Part shown: positions 5,222 through 5,411 of the stretch, one piece after another | Position numbering within the stretch: the stretch's first letter is position 1 | How the letters are laid out: every line of letters starts with the position of its first letter | Assembly: GCA_028700115.1 (NCBI GenBank) | Contig: JAQVTI010000027.1 | Location: forward strand, 1 to 5,411 | Origin: Candidatus Iainarchaeum sp. | GTDB lineage: Archaea > Iainarchaeota > Iainarchaeia > Iainarchaeales > CSSED10-239 | Length of the DNA: 5,411 nucleotides | Direction: 5' to 3' | The notes under the pieces: model-generated | What the model was told of the DNA's origin: nothing | Database searches by the model: none | What the model saw: the letters and a program-made list of their open reading frames with translations, nothing else | Translations under genes and position numbers: made by a program

Positions 5222-5411
5222 TTAATTTCTGTTTTCTTTTTTATAAAGTATATAAGAATATACAAAAGTAGTAATTAATATTGTAAATAATGCCACAAGG
5301 AAAAACACAAAAAAATAATTAATAAAAAAGATTCCAAAGAAAACTACAAATCCAAGTATAATAAACAATTGTCCGCCAAGCTTATGTGTTTTCTCCCAAA
5401 CCTTTTGATTT
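5222..5411 (-). CDS. 3' end of a membrane-protein gene, possibly SdpI/YfhL family (N-terminus off window). It is not in the supplied ORF track.
   Basis: The reverse complement read from nt 5410 gives NQKVWEKTHKLGGQLFIILGFVVFFGIFFINYFFVFFLVALFTILITTFVYSYILYKKENRN followed by a stop (TAA, complement of 5222-5224). That is 62 sense codons with no stop. It contains two clear hydrophobic helices and a basic tail. The VWEKTHKLGGQLFII segment resembles the conserved (d/e)vW.kTHr.aGklf stretch of SdpI-family immunity/membrane proteins as I remember it. Confidence 0.6.
   Translation of the reverse strand, partial: NQKVWEKTHKLGGQLFIILGFVVFFGIFFINYFFVFFLVALFTILITTFVYSYILYKKENRN

Noticed and set aside
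1-5411. A window-wide check for CRISPR arrays, IS/transposon ends, integrases, rRNA or tRNA genes, and long direct or inverted repeats
   Set aside because: None were found by eye. The only repeats are short AT-rich or homopolymeric tracts attributable to base composition, and nearly all of the window is covered by the six coding regions.

Overview
The window is very AT-rich (roughly three-quarters A+T by eye), and the encoded proteins are rich in Lys, Asn and Ile. It reads cleanly under the standard bacterial code: every Trp is TGG and no called gene has an internal TGA. Five genes run co-directionally on the + strand and are tightly packed. They are (1) a bacterial-type aspartyl-tRNA synthetase that is open to the left window edge, so the ORF-track start at 223 is an internal TTG; (2) a threonine-synthase-family PLP enzyme; (3) an RpiB/LacA/LacB-family sugar-phosphate isomerase; (4) a classical short-chain dehydrogenase/reductase (SDR); and (5) a 400+ aa protein with a Pol-beta-type nucleotidyltransferase (NTase) core at its N-terminus and about 300 aa of unrecognisable helical, K/N-rich sequence after it. 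Genes 2-5 are separated by 12 nt, a 4-nt ATGA overlap, and an overlap of about 10-40 nt, which is consistent with a single translationally coupled operon. After gene 5 there is a 100-nt convergent intergenic spacer holding the only GC-rich hairpin in the window. Beyond it lies the 3' end of a minus-strand membrane-protein gene that is missing from the ORF track and looks SdpI/YfhL-like. I see no rRNA, tRNA, CRISPR array, transposase, integrase or long repeat. The most interesting item is the four-gene cassette of ThrC-like, RpiB-like, SDR and NTase genes. I cannot match it to any pathway I know, and both the isomerase and the PLP enzyme carry substitutions at positions I remember as substrate-contacting. 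That is a hypothesis about a small-molecule pathway. It is not a demonstrated new system, and the window could equally be ordinary housekeeping DNA from a reduced-genome, low-GC bacterium.
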